DNA of 64,000 nt, taken from NCBI GenBank assembly GCA_050952625.1, contig JBMNLH010000001.1, forward strand, positions 1,344,001 to 1,408,000. Direction: 5' to 3'. Made by a program: the position numbers and the translations under genes. Positions 21,902-31,567 of the stretch are shown here, in pieces. This DNA is from Bacillota bacterium (GTDB taxonomy: Bacteria > Bacillota > Ch66 > Ch109). Positions within the stretch are counted from its first letter, which is position 1, and each line of letters opens with the position of its first letter. The notes under the pieces are model-generated. The model did no database searches, was not told where the DNA came from, and was given only the letters and a program-made list of their open reading frames with translations.

Positions 21902-22331
21902 TCTTTTAATTACTCCCCTTTCGTATATCCTCTAGCATTCACTGCACCCAATTCATAAAGGAGATTGATTTTAATCAATCCCTTGAGGAAATGCAGTCAA
22001 AAATCACTTACCCTCCTGTCACGTCGCAAAAACACCCGGCTATTTCTACGGCCATTAAATGCCTAATATGACCGGGTTTGTCACTCCTGAACCGATTTAG
22101 TTCTCATCGATTAAGACAACTTAGTACAACAACCAGTCAAAACATCCCAGGAACTGGGTAACCTGATACTAAAATTTATTAATCCTTCTTCCTGCAAATA
22201 CAACAAAATCGTTTTGCCGAAATGAAGGCCGTAGATGCCCCCCTTTCTAAAAAATAACAACATTTTATGATATTATTTTTAAAACAAGCAAAAACCACAA
22301 AAACAAACTAAAACTGACTAAAATAATAATA

Positions 22332-22712
22332 TTAATCTAAATCTTCGACCGATGCCTGTTTTTGGTAGGCCACATAACGGTTATAAATATTGTATAAAGC
22401 GGTAATCAAAGCGCGACGGGCACTGCCGTGATACCGTTTTTCCAGTCTCTCTTCGAGGCCTTCCACACCTAATTCAAAACAGTATCCCTCAATTAAACCT
22501 CTAAGGAAACTTCGTCCTAAACCAGTAACTAGATTCGTATCCGCCTCGACAATAATCGAGGTTGTAGGGTCAATAGTGACGGCTATAACGATGGCCTCAT
22601 ATACCTTCGAGGCAGCGGAGGTAAGTGGCAATTTGCCATATCCCGTAATAAATAAGAGTTCACGTGAGGTATCTTCCAGCTTAACTTTGTTTTCCAGACC
22701 CTCTTTCTGCAA
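22332..22712 (-). CDS. DUF3870 family protein
   Basis: FITGYGKLP...IIVEAD...RYHGSARRALITAL pattern; TTG start after GGAGG. Confidence 0.75.
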   Translation of the reverse strand: MQKEGLENKVKLEDTSRELLFITGYGKLPLTSAASKVYEAIVIAVTIDPTTSIIVEADTNLVTGLGRSFLRGLIEGYCFELGVEGLEERLEKRYHGSARRALITALYNIYNRYVAYQKQASVEDLD

Positions 22713-22982
22713 AAGGCCTCCCTCCCTATTCATAGATTTCGACAGTATTTTCAAAATCCCTTCTTTTCTTGATAAAAATTGCGAGTTTTTCCTCCAACAA
22801 TGCTCCACCTTAACATTATATCATTTACCCGCCCAGCGTTCCAGATATTAACTATAACAATTGCTATTTATCAAAATATAGTTGTGTGGGCAGAATGCCC
22901 ACATAAAAAAACCCGGGTAGCCGGGTATAAAGAATCATTATTTAATTTACTCTTACGACCAAAACTCCTGCCAAAACCTTTC

Positions 22983-24170
22983 CTAGGATAACCCATAGTA
23001 AGAAGCTACCATACTGTAGTATCGACTTACCTTCGGGTCAGTCTTCAGAGCTTTGGCCACATCAATCAGCCCAGCTCCCTGGTATTCAGGCCGGAGCGAG
23101 AGCTGCTGGGCGGTTAGTTTTAGGTGTTGTTTTACTTGATCCGGGGTAAGGTCTCCCCATTTATTTAGAATTTGAGCAATCGCTCCAGTCACATGCGGGG
23201 CAGCCATCGAGGTACCGCTTTGCGATTTATAACCTCCATTATTCCAGGTAGACAGAATTTGATCACCGGGAGCGATAAAATCAACGCCCTGCCCAAAGCT
23301 GCTGAAATTGCTGATACTATTTCTTTCATTTAAAGAAGTGATAGCAATTGTTTCCGGATAGATTGCGGGATACTGCATTTTGTGTTGAATAGAATCATTG
23401 CCGGCCGCTGCCACCATAATTAATCCAGACTGATAGGCCTTTCTAAAGACCTCTTTAAAAGTAGGATTATCAGTAGGTGAGCCAAAACTCATATTGATCA
23501 GTTTAATTCGGTTGTTGATACACCATTGCAGGCCTCTGATGATATCAGTTAAAGAACCTTCTCCCTTAGAATTAAACACCTTAACTGCGTATAGATCAGC
23601 CTTAGGCATAACCCCGACTATGCCGATCTCATTGTTTAACGCCCCAATGATTCCCGCGACATGGGTTCCATGCCCATTGGGATCGGAAAAATCGGCGGGA
23701 TTCCCAGTTATATTGATTCCCCCCTTAATATTATCCCGGAGGTCTGGATGATCAGCTTGAATACCAGTATCAATAACCGCTACCCGGACACGCCGTTTGG
23801 GATTAACACTCAAAAAGTCTTCGCAATTAATCCGTTTAACGCCCCAACCGATTTGTTGCTTCATCTGTTTAGGAGTTTCCTTTTTGCGAATAGGAAAGAA
23901 AAAGTTAGGGTTAAAAAAATTGATAATTTTTATTGGCAAATCATCATCTATCCGACTAATATGGGGATTATTTGAAAGGACACCAGCTACCTCTCCACAC
24001 CGATTAACTGGAAACTCACAAAGCAGCGCATTGATAAGGGGTAGGCGCTCAATTATCTTTCCCCCCTGTTGTTGAATCTCCCTCTCATATTTTGAATAAG
24101 GAACTCCCTGTTTAATGCTCACTATTTTCCTTTGCATTTGTTCCTCTCTACCTCGAATCGGCCGTCTCAT
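22983..24170 (-). CDS. S8 (subtilisin) family serine peptidase
   Basis: Catalytic triad motifs IDTG, HGTHVAG and GTSMAAPHV. Confidence 0.95.
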   Translation of the reverse strand: MRRPIRGREEQMQRKIVSIKQGVPYSKYEREIQQQGGKIIERLPLINALLCEFPVNRCGEVAGVLSNNPHISRIDDDLPIKIINFFNPNFFFPIRKKETPKQMKQQIGWGVKRINCEDFLSVNPKRRVRVAVIDTGIQADHPDLRDNIKGGINITGNPADFSDPNGHGTHVAGIIGALNNEIGIVGVMPKADLYAVKVFNSKGEGSLTDIIRGLQWCINNRIKLINMSFGSPTDNPTFKEVFRKAYQSGLIMVAAAGNDSIQHKMQYPAIYPETIAITSLNERNSISNFSSFGQGVDFIAPGDQILSTWNNGGYKSQSGTSMAAPHVTGAIAQILNKWGDLTPDQVKQHLKLTAQQLSLRPEYQGAGLIDVAKALKTDPKVSRYYSMVASYYGLS

Positions 24171-24366
24171 AAAGCACCCTCCTTTCAGGGAACTACTGGT
24201 TGCTAAACTATTTTATGCAACCGCCAGGACTTTGGAAACGGCTCGATATTGTCCTACTCTAATCCCTCTAAATAACATCCACTAGTTACCATGATTCTTT
24301 TCTAACCAATTTCACATGTAAGGAATATGATGATATATCCAAACAATAAAAACATGAGGTGATTTT

Positions 24367-24684
24367 GTGAACCCGAATAATCTGGAGGCTTTATTGGCTC
24401 AAATCATGCCCGTCCTATCAAATCCGAATGCTTTTTACTCTTTCTTAGAGCAGGCACCACTTAGCAGAGAGGAAAAAGAAGTTATTCGCCAATTTTACCG
24501 ACAATTATCAAACCCCCAATCCCACAAAGATTCAACACAATCCTTAAACCAGGTAATTCAGGACCTGATCGCGCGAACTAACCCGGCGCACCTCAAAAAC
24601 CTGGCTCCCATCTTGGACCAGTTGTCAAGATTATCTCCCGAACAACAAAAAGCGCTGCAAATGCTCCTTGGGATAAAGAGCTAA
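24367..24684 (+). CDS. Hypothetical protein (Gln/Leu-rich, possibly sporulation-related)
   Basis: GAGGTGA RBS followed by GTG; 105 aa helical. Confidence 0.6.
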   Translation: MNPNNLEALLAQIMPVLSNPNAFYSFLEQAPLSREEKEVIRQFYRQLSNPQSHKDSTQSLNQVIQDLIARTNPAHLKNLAPILDQLSRLSPEQQKALQMLLGIKS

Positions 24685-24768
24685 TTGTAACACTTTAAAG
24701 TAGACGCACATATAATACATCGACACTCGGTTAATATACCCGATGGGGGTTGGGGAGGTGATCTTTGA

Positions 24769-25410
24769 ATGAACAGATCAAGGCGGCGTATCCACGAAGA
24801 ATTACGGATGGTAGAGAAGCAGCTACCCCTTTATTATCAAAAAATAAATGAGTTAGAAAGACGTCAAAAAGAGCTTCGATCCAGACTCGACGAACAGCAG
24901 GAAAAAATCCCCGGGCATCCCGAACCCTCAAGGAGGTTTTCGACGGCTGACTTTAGCGATCGTAAAAGAATAGCCGATGAAAAGGGTCAGGGGTATAATG
25001 ATCACCCATTTCGTTTTAACACTCCACCCAGATCCAAAACTCTGGGAGCTAAAGCAAAAGCCAATGCCGTTAGAGTCCTTGGGGAAGCCCGCGAAAAGTT
25101 CAGTTTACTAGGTGAAGGCATTTCTCAGTCCTTAACATATATTGATACAATGGTTCTAGTTCTGGAACTCATGGAGCAAAGCGGCGGTGAACTCCAGCAG
25201 CATTTGCTTAGAACAGCCAGTACCATTCAGCAGCAGGTTAACAACCCGTCCGTCAATAACTCAGCCTATCATTCAGGAGGGACAGATGCCCAGCAAAATG
25301 AAAATGCGAGCGGCTTTTCACTCGAAGCGCTTATGGAAATAATTAAGTCCCCACACTTTCAACAATTGGCTGATCAGTTAAAAGGAACTGTTCAAAACTA
25401 TAATAATTAG
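24769..25410 (+). CDS. Hypothetical coiled-coil protein
   Basis: GGAGGTGA RBS; N-terminal coiled coil; 213 aa. Confidence 0.65.
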   Translation: MNRSRRRIHEELRMVEKQLPLYYQKINELERRQKELRSRLDEQQEKIPGHPEPSRRFSTADFSDRKRIADEKGQGYNDHPFRFNTPPRSKTLGAKAKANAVRVLGEAREKFSLLGEGISQSLTYIDTMVLVLELMEQSGGELQQHLLRTASTIQQQVNNPSVNNSAYHSGGTDAQQNENASGFSLEALMEIIKSPHFQQLADQLKGTVQNYNN

Positions 25411-25445
25411 ATAAACGAAAATTAGAATATTACAAATTAGGCGCA

Positions 25446-25478
25446 AAGTCGAGTCGGGCCTAACCCGGAGCTCGACTT
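25446..25478. terminator. Bidirectional terminator
   Basis: AAAGTCGAG...CTCGACTTT stem between convergent genes. Confidence 0.65.
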
Positions 25479-27137
25479 TTATAATCCAGGTCCTGAAGAT
25501 CGGTTTCGATCGGACCACCCGAAAATTAAGAAAAGGCCAACAATCCCTGCTACTCCCAGATAAACATGTGATTCAAAAGTTTTTTCATTAATATACATAA
25601 TTACCGCAGTTATTAAAAACGCAGCAAAAACTATCGAACGACCTAAAAAGCGAATTGCTCTCTCTTGGCTGCGCAAAATCCGGGCTATAATATAACTATC
25701 AATTTTGATGTGAAGATTTCCTTGCTCAGCTAGACTAAGGGTTCGCTGCATTAACCCGGGCAGTTCCCCCAAAGTACCTAAAAAGGCAACTGCTTTCTTA
25801 TGGTATTGTTCCCAGGTTTCCCCGGAATCGTCTGTTAAGGCTAACCTCTTCAAATGAGGCTCTAACAAACTGATAAACTGAGTATCGGGCTGTAGTTCTA
25901 CACATAAACCAAACAGGGTCCCCAATGTTCGACCAAGAAAGATAAAAGCAGACGGTATCTGAAAAGGTTCCGCCCGAACTACCTCTTCAAACTGATGCAT
26001 GATTTCTATCCATTGCTCATTTGTAAATCTCCCCAATGGCATATCATAAACACGTTCCAGGATTTGATCCAATGCCCGCCGAACCACTACTGCGTCGGTT
26101 TCCGGCCGTAAAAATCCTAATTCCAAAAATGCCTTAACCATGCCGGGAGAATTCTTAGTCGCCATGGCTAAGATTAGTTTTCTTAATCCATCCTTGTCGA
26201 GTGCCGTGACTTGTCCAACCATACCAAAGTCGATTAAGCCCAAACGGCCATCAGGCAAAACGATCAGGTTGCCGGGATGCGGGTCTGCATGAAAAAAGCC
26301 CTGTTCCAGGATTTGTTGAATATATGTTTCGACCAATAAAGCCACTAGACTGGAGGGAGCTATTATTGGCTCCCATTGTTGAACATTAGTTATTTTATAG
26401 CCTTGAAGATATTCCAGGGTCAAAACTCGACGAGTTGTGTAATCCCAATAGACTTGAGGAATTTTAACGCGATTTTCTGCAGTAAAATTGTTTTGGAACC
26501 GTTCGCAATTTTTTCCTTCTTGAATGTAATCAAGCTCTGATACAAGGGTATTGGAAAACTCACGATAAAGGGCGGACATATCAAACCGGCGACCCCAATC
26601 GGTTAAAAGCTCAAGCAGGATAATAATCCGCTGCAGGGTTTTTAGATCACTCTCGACAACTTTTTCTATGCCTGGCCTTAATACCTTAACGGCTACTAAC
26701 TCGCCTGTGGGTATCCTTGCTAGATGCACCTGGCCTAATGAAGCTGCGGCTAACGCCTGTTTATTAAAACTTGTATAAATATCATTGATAGATTTACCAA
26801 ATTCCTGTTCGATTACCTGGATGATCCCTGATGCGTCTTCGAAGGTGACCTCATTTTGCAATTTAGATAGCTCTTCCGTATACTCCCGGGGCAACAGGTC
26901 AACTCTGGTACTAAAAAACTGGCCCAGCTTGATCCAAACCCCGCCGAGCATAATAGCAGTTTCACGAAGTCGAACTGCCTGGCGGCGATAAAGTTCCGGC
27001 CGCAATCGATCCATACTTTCGATTCCGCGGAAGATCCTTTGAAATCTATCGAAGACAAATTCTAGTACGATGCTAAAAAAAACTTTAAAAATAATGCGAG
27101 CTCTCCAGGCAAAATTTGAGTTATTATTTTCTTTCAA
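25479..27137 (-). CDS. ABC1/UbiB family atypical kinase
   Basis: IKLGQ, AASLGQVH, VAVKV, HADPHPGN and DFGM motifs. Confidence 0.93.
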   Translation of the reverse strand: MKENNNSNFAWRARIIFKVFFSIVLEFVFDRFQRIFRGIESMDRLRPELYRRQAVRLRETAIMLGGVWIKLGQFFSTRVDLLPREYTEELSKLQNEVTFEDASGIIQVIEQEFGKSINDIYTSFNKQALAAASLGQVHLARIPTGELVAVKVLRPGIEKVVESDLKTLQRIIILLELLTDWGRRFDMSALYREFSNTLVSELDYIQEGKNCERFQNNFTAENRVKIPQVYWDYTTRRVLTLEYLQGYKITNVQQWEPIIAPSSLVALLVETYIQQILEQGFFHADPHPGNLIVLPDGRLGLIDFGMVGQVTALDKDGLRKLILAMATKNSPGMVKAFLELGFLRPETDAVVVRRALDQILERVYDMPLGRFTNEQWIEIMHQFEEVVRAEPFQIPSAFIFLGRTLGTLFGLCVELQPDTQFISLLEPHLKRLALTDDSGETWEQYHKKAVAFLGTLGELPGLMQRTLSLAEQGNLHIKIDSYIIARILRSQERAIRFLGRSIVFAAFLITAVIMYINEKTFESHVYLGVAGIVGLFLIFGWSDRNRSSGPGL

Positions 27138-27155
27138 AAAATCCCTCCCTATTGA

Positions 27156-27995
27156 CTAATCAAAGATCATTTTTACGCCGACAATGACTAGAATTAGGGC
27201 AAAGGTCTTAACCAAGCTATCGCCGGAAATCCTTCTCGAGAAAGCTGCCCCTAATTGAGCCCCCAGAATTCCTCCTACAGATAAAAAGATCGCCAATGAC
27301 CATTGAAAGTGTCCCAAAGTCAAATGAGTCATTGATCCGACTAAGGCTGACCAAGTTAAAATGAAAAGCGAAGTAGCAGTCGCTACACGGGGAGGAAATT
27401 TCAGAACCAAAACCAATAACGGGACATGAATAATACCTCCGCCAATGCCTATGGCACTAGAAATAAAACCAATGCCAAAGCTTAAGACTATGCCTAAATA
27501 CTCATTAAATCGGTAACAATACTCATTCCCTTCGATATCCCGAAATGCTCTTTCTACCCAACCAAAGGGAAGAGAACGATTCTGACAATTATTTATGGCG
27601 TGTTTTTCTGAGTCATTTAATCTATGTTTGATGAATCGGCCATTACCAAACATAGTTACTGCCAAAATAATTAGAAGGATACCAAAAGCAATGCTAAATG
27701 AACGGCCAGTAAAAAACTCCGTTAGTCGTGACCCGATAATCGCTCCTGGAAAGGTGGCTAAGGCAAACCGCCAGCCGGAAGCTAAATCTATTCTTTGTTG
27801 ACGCCAGTAAGCCAATGAACCGGAAATAGCATTAAAAAAGACCATCGTGATTGAAGTTCCTACAACTGCCAAAGGCGACATGCCCAATCCAAGAATCATC
27901 AGCGGCACTGCAATAAATCCACCACCAACTCCAATCAGTGCTCCTAAAGACCCGGCCACAATCCCCGTTAGCGTTAACAAAAGGTATTCGAACAC
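27156..27995 (-). CDS. Sulfite exporter TauE/SafE (TSUP) family protein
   Basis: Two GxGGG repeats and multiple TM helices. Confidence 0.9.
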   Translation of the reverse strand: MFEYLLLTLTGIVAGSLGALIGVGGGFIAVPLMILGLGMSPLAVVGTSITMVFFNAISGSLAYWRQQRIDLASGWRFALATFPGAIIGSRLTEFFTGRSFSIAFGILLIILAVTMFGNGRFIKHRLNDSEKHAINNCQNRSLPFGWVERAFRDIEGNEYCYRFNEYLGIVLSFGIGFISSAIGIGGGIIHVPLLVLVLKFPPRVATATSLFILTWSALVGSMTHLTLGHFQWSLAIFLSVGGILGAQLGAAFSRRISGDSLVKTFALILVIVGVKMIFD

Positions 27996-28068
27996 AGTTT
28001 TTCCCCTAATCTTTCAAGAAACAAATATTTTCGAAGGGCTTTCAATGAATTTGCTAATCATTCTATAA

Positions 28069-28177
28069 TCAAAAGACCGCCCCTTCTATAAGCGGGGTTA
28101 CCTTTTTTAAATGGAACTTCAGGTGAAGCAGAATATCCATTTGAACCTCGATATTCAGCGAAGCTGAACGAGTTCAC
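28069..28177 (+). mobile_element. Element family A, copy 2
   Basis: TCAAAAGACCGCCCCTTCTATAAGCGGGG...TTCAGCGAAGCTGAACGAGTTCAC. Confidence 0.75.
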
Positions 28178-28283
28178 TAAGTCGAGTTTACTAAGTCGAG
28201 TTTACCATAGTCCGATAAGTTTCGCACCAATGAAGGCAAAATGTCCGTTAACCTTCCCTAAGCCGATTAGAAATTTGTCAGCC

Positions 28284-29525
28284 TCACTTAGCTGCCAGAG
28301 CATCAGTCGTTCTCGACTTCAATAACTGATCAAGTTCAGACTGATTAATATGTCCAACAATGGTTTTGATTAGTTGTCCACGCCAAAAAACATGAAACAT
28401 CGGCACTGATTTAATCTGGTAGCGTCGAGTAAGAAGTTCATTTCTGGAAGCATCAATGCGAACTAGTCTTACTTGGCTATGTTCATTCAGCCAATGTTCA
28501 ACCTCGCTTAATACAGTCAGACTTTCCTCATTATCTGGTCGGTAATAGCCAACTACGACCATGTCTTTAATCTGTAAAACTTCCCGATTAAAAAATTCGC
28601 TTTCATTTAAGTAATGACCCGCGGCTACAGCCGCAATAGCCCCGTCAGAAACAGCTGTAACGACCTGTCTTAGGTACTTAGTACGAGCGTCACCACAAGC
28701 ATAAACGCCCTCAATTGATGTCTGCATTTTCTCATCGGTTACAATATATCCTTTTTCGTCTAATTGTAATAATCCCTTGAACAAACTGGTCTTAGGATCG
28801 GTGCCGATTAAAATAAAAACCGCACTGGTCGATAACTTCCGAGTTGCTCCTGATTTTAAATTACGCAGCGTAACTGATTCAACTTTATGCTGACCATTAA
28901 TTGTATCAACTACTGTATGCCAAATCCAGTTAATTTTTTTATTGGCTTTGGCCTTTTCAAAGGCAATGGCATTTGCATCAACTTGACCTTCCTCATGCTT
29001 AACTACTACGGTCACCTTGGAAGCAAATCGAGTTAAATAATTGGCTTCTTCAATTGCTGCGTCCCCGCTGCCAACCACTAATACTTCCATACCTCGAAAA
29101 AACTCAGCGTCGCAAGTAGCACAATAGCTTACGCCTTTACCGCGTAATTCCAGCTCACCGGGTACCCCTAACAGTTTCGGTTCTGCCCCGGGTGCTAAAA
29201 TAATGGATTTAGCTGTATATTGACTAGAATTACCAATTAATTCTTTCATTGTTCCATCTAAATTAATTGCTTTAACCTCGTCACGGATGAATACAGCCCC
29301 CATCTGCTCGGCATGGTTGTATAAAGCAAGTACAATTTGGGGGCCAGTTGTACCCCGGCCAAAACCCGGAAAGTTTTCCACTTCATTTGTCGTAGCTATT
29401 TGACCTCCCGGGGTTCCTTTATCAACAATACCTACTTTCAAGAGAGAACGGGCTCCATAGATTCCGGCGGCCAATCCGGCTGGTCCAGCTCCCAAGACCA
29501 ATAAGTCATAAGTGTTACTTTTCAT
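28284..29525 (-). CDS. trxB: Thioredoxin-disulfide reductase with C-terminal thioredoxin-like extension
   Basis: GAGPAG, GVSYCATCD, GSGDAA and ACGD motifs; extra ~105 aa Trx-like tail. Confidence 0.9.
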   Translation of the reverse strand: MKSNTYDLLVLGAGPAGLAAGIYGARSLLKVGIVDKGTPGGQIATTNEVENFPGFGRGTTGPQIVLALYNHAEQMGAVFIRDEVKAINLDGTMKELIGNSSQYTAKSIILAPGAEPKLLGVPGELELRGKGVSYCATCDAEFFRGMEVLVVGSGDAAIEEANYLTRFASKVTVVVKHEEGQVDANAIAFEKAKANKKINWIWHTVVDTINGQHKVESVTLRNLKSGATRKLSTSAVFILIGTDPKTSLFKGLLQLDEKGYIVTDEKMQTSIEGVYACGDARTKYLRQVVTAVSDGAIAAVAAGHYLNESEFFNREVLQIKDMVVVGYYRPDNEESLTVLSEVEHWLNEHSQVRLVRIDASRNELLTRRYQIKSVPMFHVFWRGQLIKTIVGHINQSELDQLLKSRTTDALAAK

Positions 29526-29552
29526 ATTTTTCCTCCTTTAGCAGCTTTACTA

Positions 29553-29646
29553 TGGACATGGGACAGATAAACTGTCCCGGTTAGGCAGTGAAAAAGAAAT
29601 CAAACTCTTGTGCATTAACCCGGTTCAGCAGGCTAGACTTGCAAAC
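29553..29646 (-). repeat. Dispersed structured element family B, copy 2 (most diverged)
   Basis: GGGACAG-ATAAA-CTGTCCCGG, then TAACCCGGTTCAGCAGGCTAGACT at the same spacing as in the other copies. Confidence 0.6.
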
Positions 29647-29903
29647 CTCGTCGGCTTCGGTCAGGCATCAAAATCGCTCTATTGTGCCCGTCTTTATTAT
29701 TGTTTAGATCTTCTCAATCTATCCAAAAAGAAAAGGGTGGCACAGTCCACCCACCGGAGTATAAAATATACTATACAATTTTGAATTATCCTGTCTTTAC
29801 ATAATAGAGATGATGTGTTAAGATTAATATAGCCCACATGTAGGCCAAATCATTTTACTGCGTGAATAATTCAATAAATCTATTTTTTGAAAGGAGGAAT
29901 TCT

Positions 29904-30005
29904 ATGACTCGCGAATTAATTGATGCTATTCTATCCGAAATTGGACTAGAAGCCCTTGATGAAAAATTAGAAGACAAAGAAGAGAACAACCCTAGCCAAG
30001 AATAG
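29904..30005 (+). CDS. Small acidic 33-aa protein (not in ORF track)
   Basis: GAAAGGAGG RBS, then ATG: MTRELIDAILSEIGLEALDEKLEDKEENNPSQE. Confidence 0.6.
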   Translation: MTRELIDAILSEIGLEALDEKLEDKEENNPSQE

Positions 30006-30018
30006 GGTGTTTTTTTGT

Positions 30019-30348
30019 TTAGAATTTATACTCTGGCAACGGCTCCGCAGATACTGAGTTTCGATTCCGCTCTAAATTTACTTTATCACCCGGTTTTAAA
30101 TCAGCCAGATTGGTTCGGCTCAGGGTACGTGGCCAGAGACGGATTACAAAAAAACGTTCAGTTAAATCAACTACTGTCAGACATACTCCATTTACTGCTA
30201 TTTGATCTCCAACTTTTAAAGTCGTTAATACTTGCTTAGCTTCAATAATCAATGTATTAACCCCGGAACCTTCGGGTCCGGCTTCAATAGAATTAATTAC
30301 ACCCGTTTCCTCGACTAATCCCCGGTACATAACACCGTTAGCATTCAT
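30019..30348 (-). CDS. Single-domain riboflavin-synthase-alpha-like (lumazine-binding) protein, or gene remnant
   Basis: GLVEETG, GDQIAVNGVCLTV, TLSRTNL and VNLER motifs; ends before the second barrel. Confidence 0.7.
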   Translation of the reverse strand: MNANGVMYRGLVEETGVINSIEAGPEGSGVNTLIIEAKQVLTTLKVGDQIAVNGVCLTVVDLTERFFVIRLWPRTLSRTNLADLKPGDKVNLERNRNSVSAEPLPEYKF

Positions 30349-30393
30349 TTCAGACCCACCCTTCCGTATTACCAAAACTATTTTTTGCGGTTA

Positions 30394-31305
30394 CTAATAC
30401 TCACAAGCACCGGATATCCCCGCCTTCATCACTCGTCCCGGCAACTCCCGACCGATCAACCTCTCTAACCACTGGGCCGCCTTTAATAGGCTTGTCAGGT
30501 TAACGCCGGTTTCTACGCCCATTCTTTCGCATAAATATATTAAGTCCTCGGTGGCTATATTCCCAGTTGCCTTGGGGATAAATGGGCAACCTCCTAAGCC
30601 TCCTAGAGAAGCTTCCAAGATGGTTATGCCGCTTTGCATCCCAGCGAGTGAGTTGGCTAATCCCAGACCCCGTGTATCATGAAAATGGAGAGCTAGTTCT
30701 ACCTGAGGATAATTTGCTCGGACCTGCTCAACTACTCGGGTAACCAATAACGGGTCACCCAGACCCGCTGTATCAGCTAAAGTGATCTGTTTAATGCCTA
30801 ATTCCTGAAAAACGCTAACTAACCAGAGAATCTGTTTTAGGGGAATCTTCCCCTCAAAGGGGCAGCCGAACGCTGTGGCAATGGCAGCTCGAACAACTAA
30901 GTCTGATTGAGCAGCATGCGGCACCACTTCTTCTAGTTGTTTCAGTGATTGGCTAATACTCATATTCACATTACGCTTATTATGTTCTTCACTAGCGGAA
31001 ACCACTACCTGAACCTCATCCACCCGGGCCTTCACTGCTCTTTGCACTCCTCGACTATTTCCCACTAAAGCACTAATGGTTAAATCCGGTGATCGATCAA
31101 TGCCCGCCACTACCATCTCCGCATCACGCAATTGAGGGATCGCTTTGGGATTTACAAATGAGGTTGATTCAATCAATTTAATTCCGCTGCGGATAATATG
31201 ATTGATTAATTCAATCTTTTTTTCAGTCGGAATAAATATGCTTTCCGCCTGCAGTCCGTCTCTCGGTCCTACTTCACGGATTTCGATTCTGGCGGGTAGA
31301 TTCAT
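30394..31305 (-). CDS. Hydroxymethylglutaryl-CoA lyase (canonical)
   Basis: EVGPRDGLQ, AFGCP, LADT, HFHDTRG, GGLGGCP and GNIATEDL motifs. Confidence 0.92.
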   Translation of the reverse strand: MNLPARIEIREVGPRDGLQAESIFIPTEKKIELINHIIRSGIKLIESTSFVNPKAIPQLRDAEMVVAGIDRSPDLTISALVGNSRGVQRAVKARVDEVQVVVSASEEHNKRNVNMSISQSLKQLEEVVPHAAQSDLVVRAAIATAFGCPFEGKIPLKQILWLVSVFQELGIKQITLADTAGLGDPLLVTRVVEQVRANYPQVELALHFHDTRGLGLANSLAGMQSGITILEASLGGLGGCPFIPKATGNIATEDLIYLCERMGVETGVNLTSLLKAAQWLERLIGRELPGRVMKAGISGACEY

Positions 31306-31477
31306 TTTTTGCCTCCTATTGACTGCTATTGGGTAATTGTTGAATTTTTGGTTTGCCATGTTGAAATTTTAAACTATTAATATTATATAATAACAGAAAA
31401 ATCAAATAACAGGTAAGTGCCTTTTTTAAACTTAAGCGAACTTGTTAGCTTCACTGATCATACTCAAAACAATTAAA

Positions 31478-31503
31478 GGACCTGTACCTAAACTACAGGT
31501 CCC
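31478..31503 (-). terminator. Terminator after cassette copy 1
   Basis: GGACCTGTA-CCTAAAC-TACAGGTCC stem. Confidence 0.65.
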
Positions 31504-31567
31504 TAGTCAATTAAGACCTTTTATATTAGTCATCATCTTTTAACTGAAAAACCGGGCAAGCCCAAGA

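Noticed and set aside
20212-21935. Long antisense and alternative-frame ORFs over the carboxyltransferase (and similar ones over cassette genes)
   Set aside because: Shadows of codon bias in well-supported genes; no RBS or motifs.
28169-28205. Possible mini-CRISPR array from the repeated CGAGTT(C/T)AC units
   Set aside because: Units are 14 bp with identical linkers, there are no unique spacers and no cas genes; it is a tandem duplication.
28284-29525. Selenocysteine recoding in trxB
   Set aside because: No in-frame TGA in the ORF; the active site is a normal CATC.
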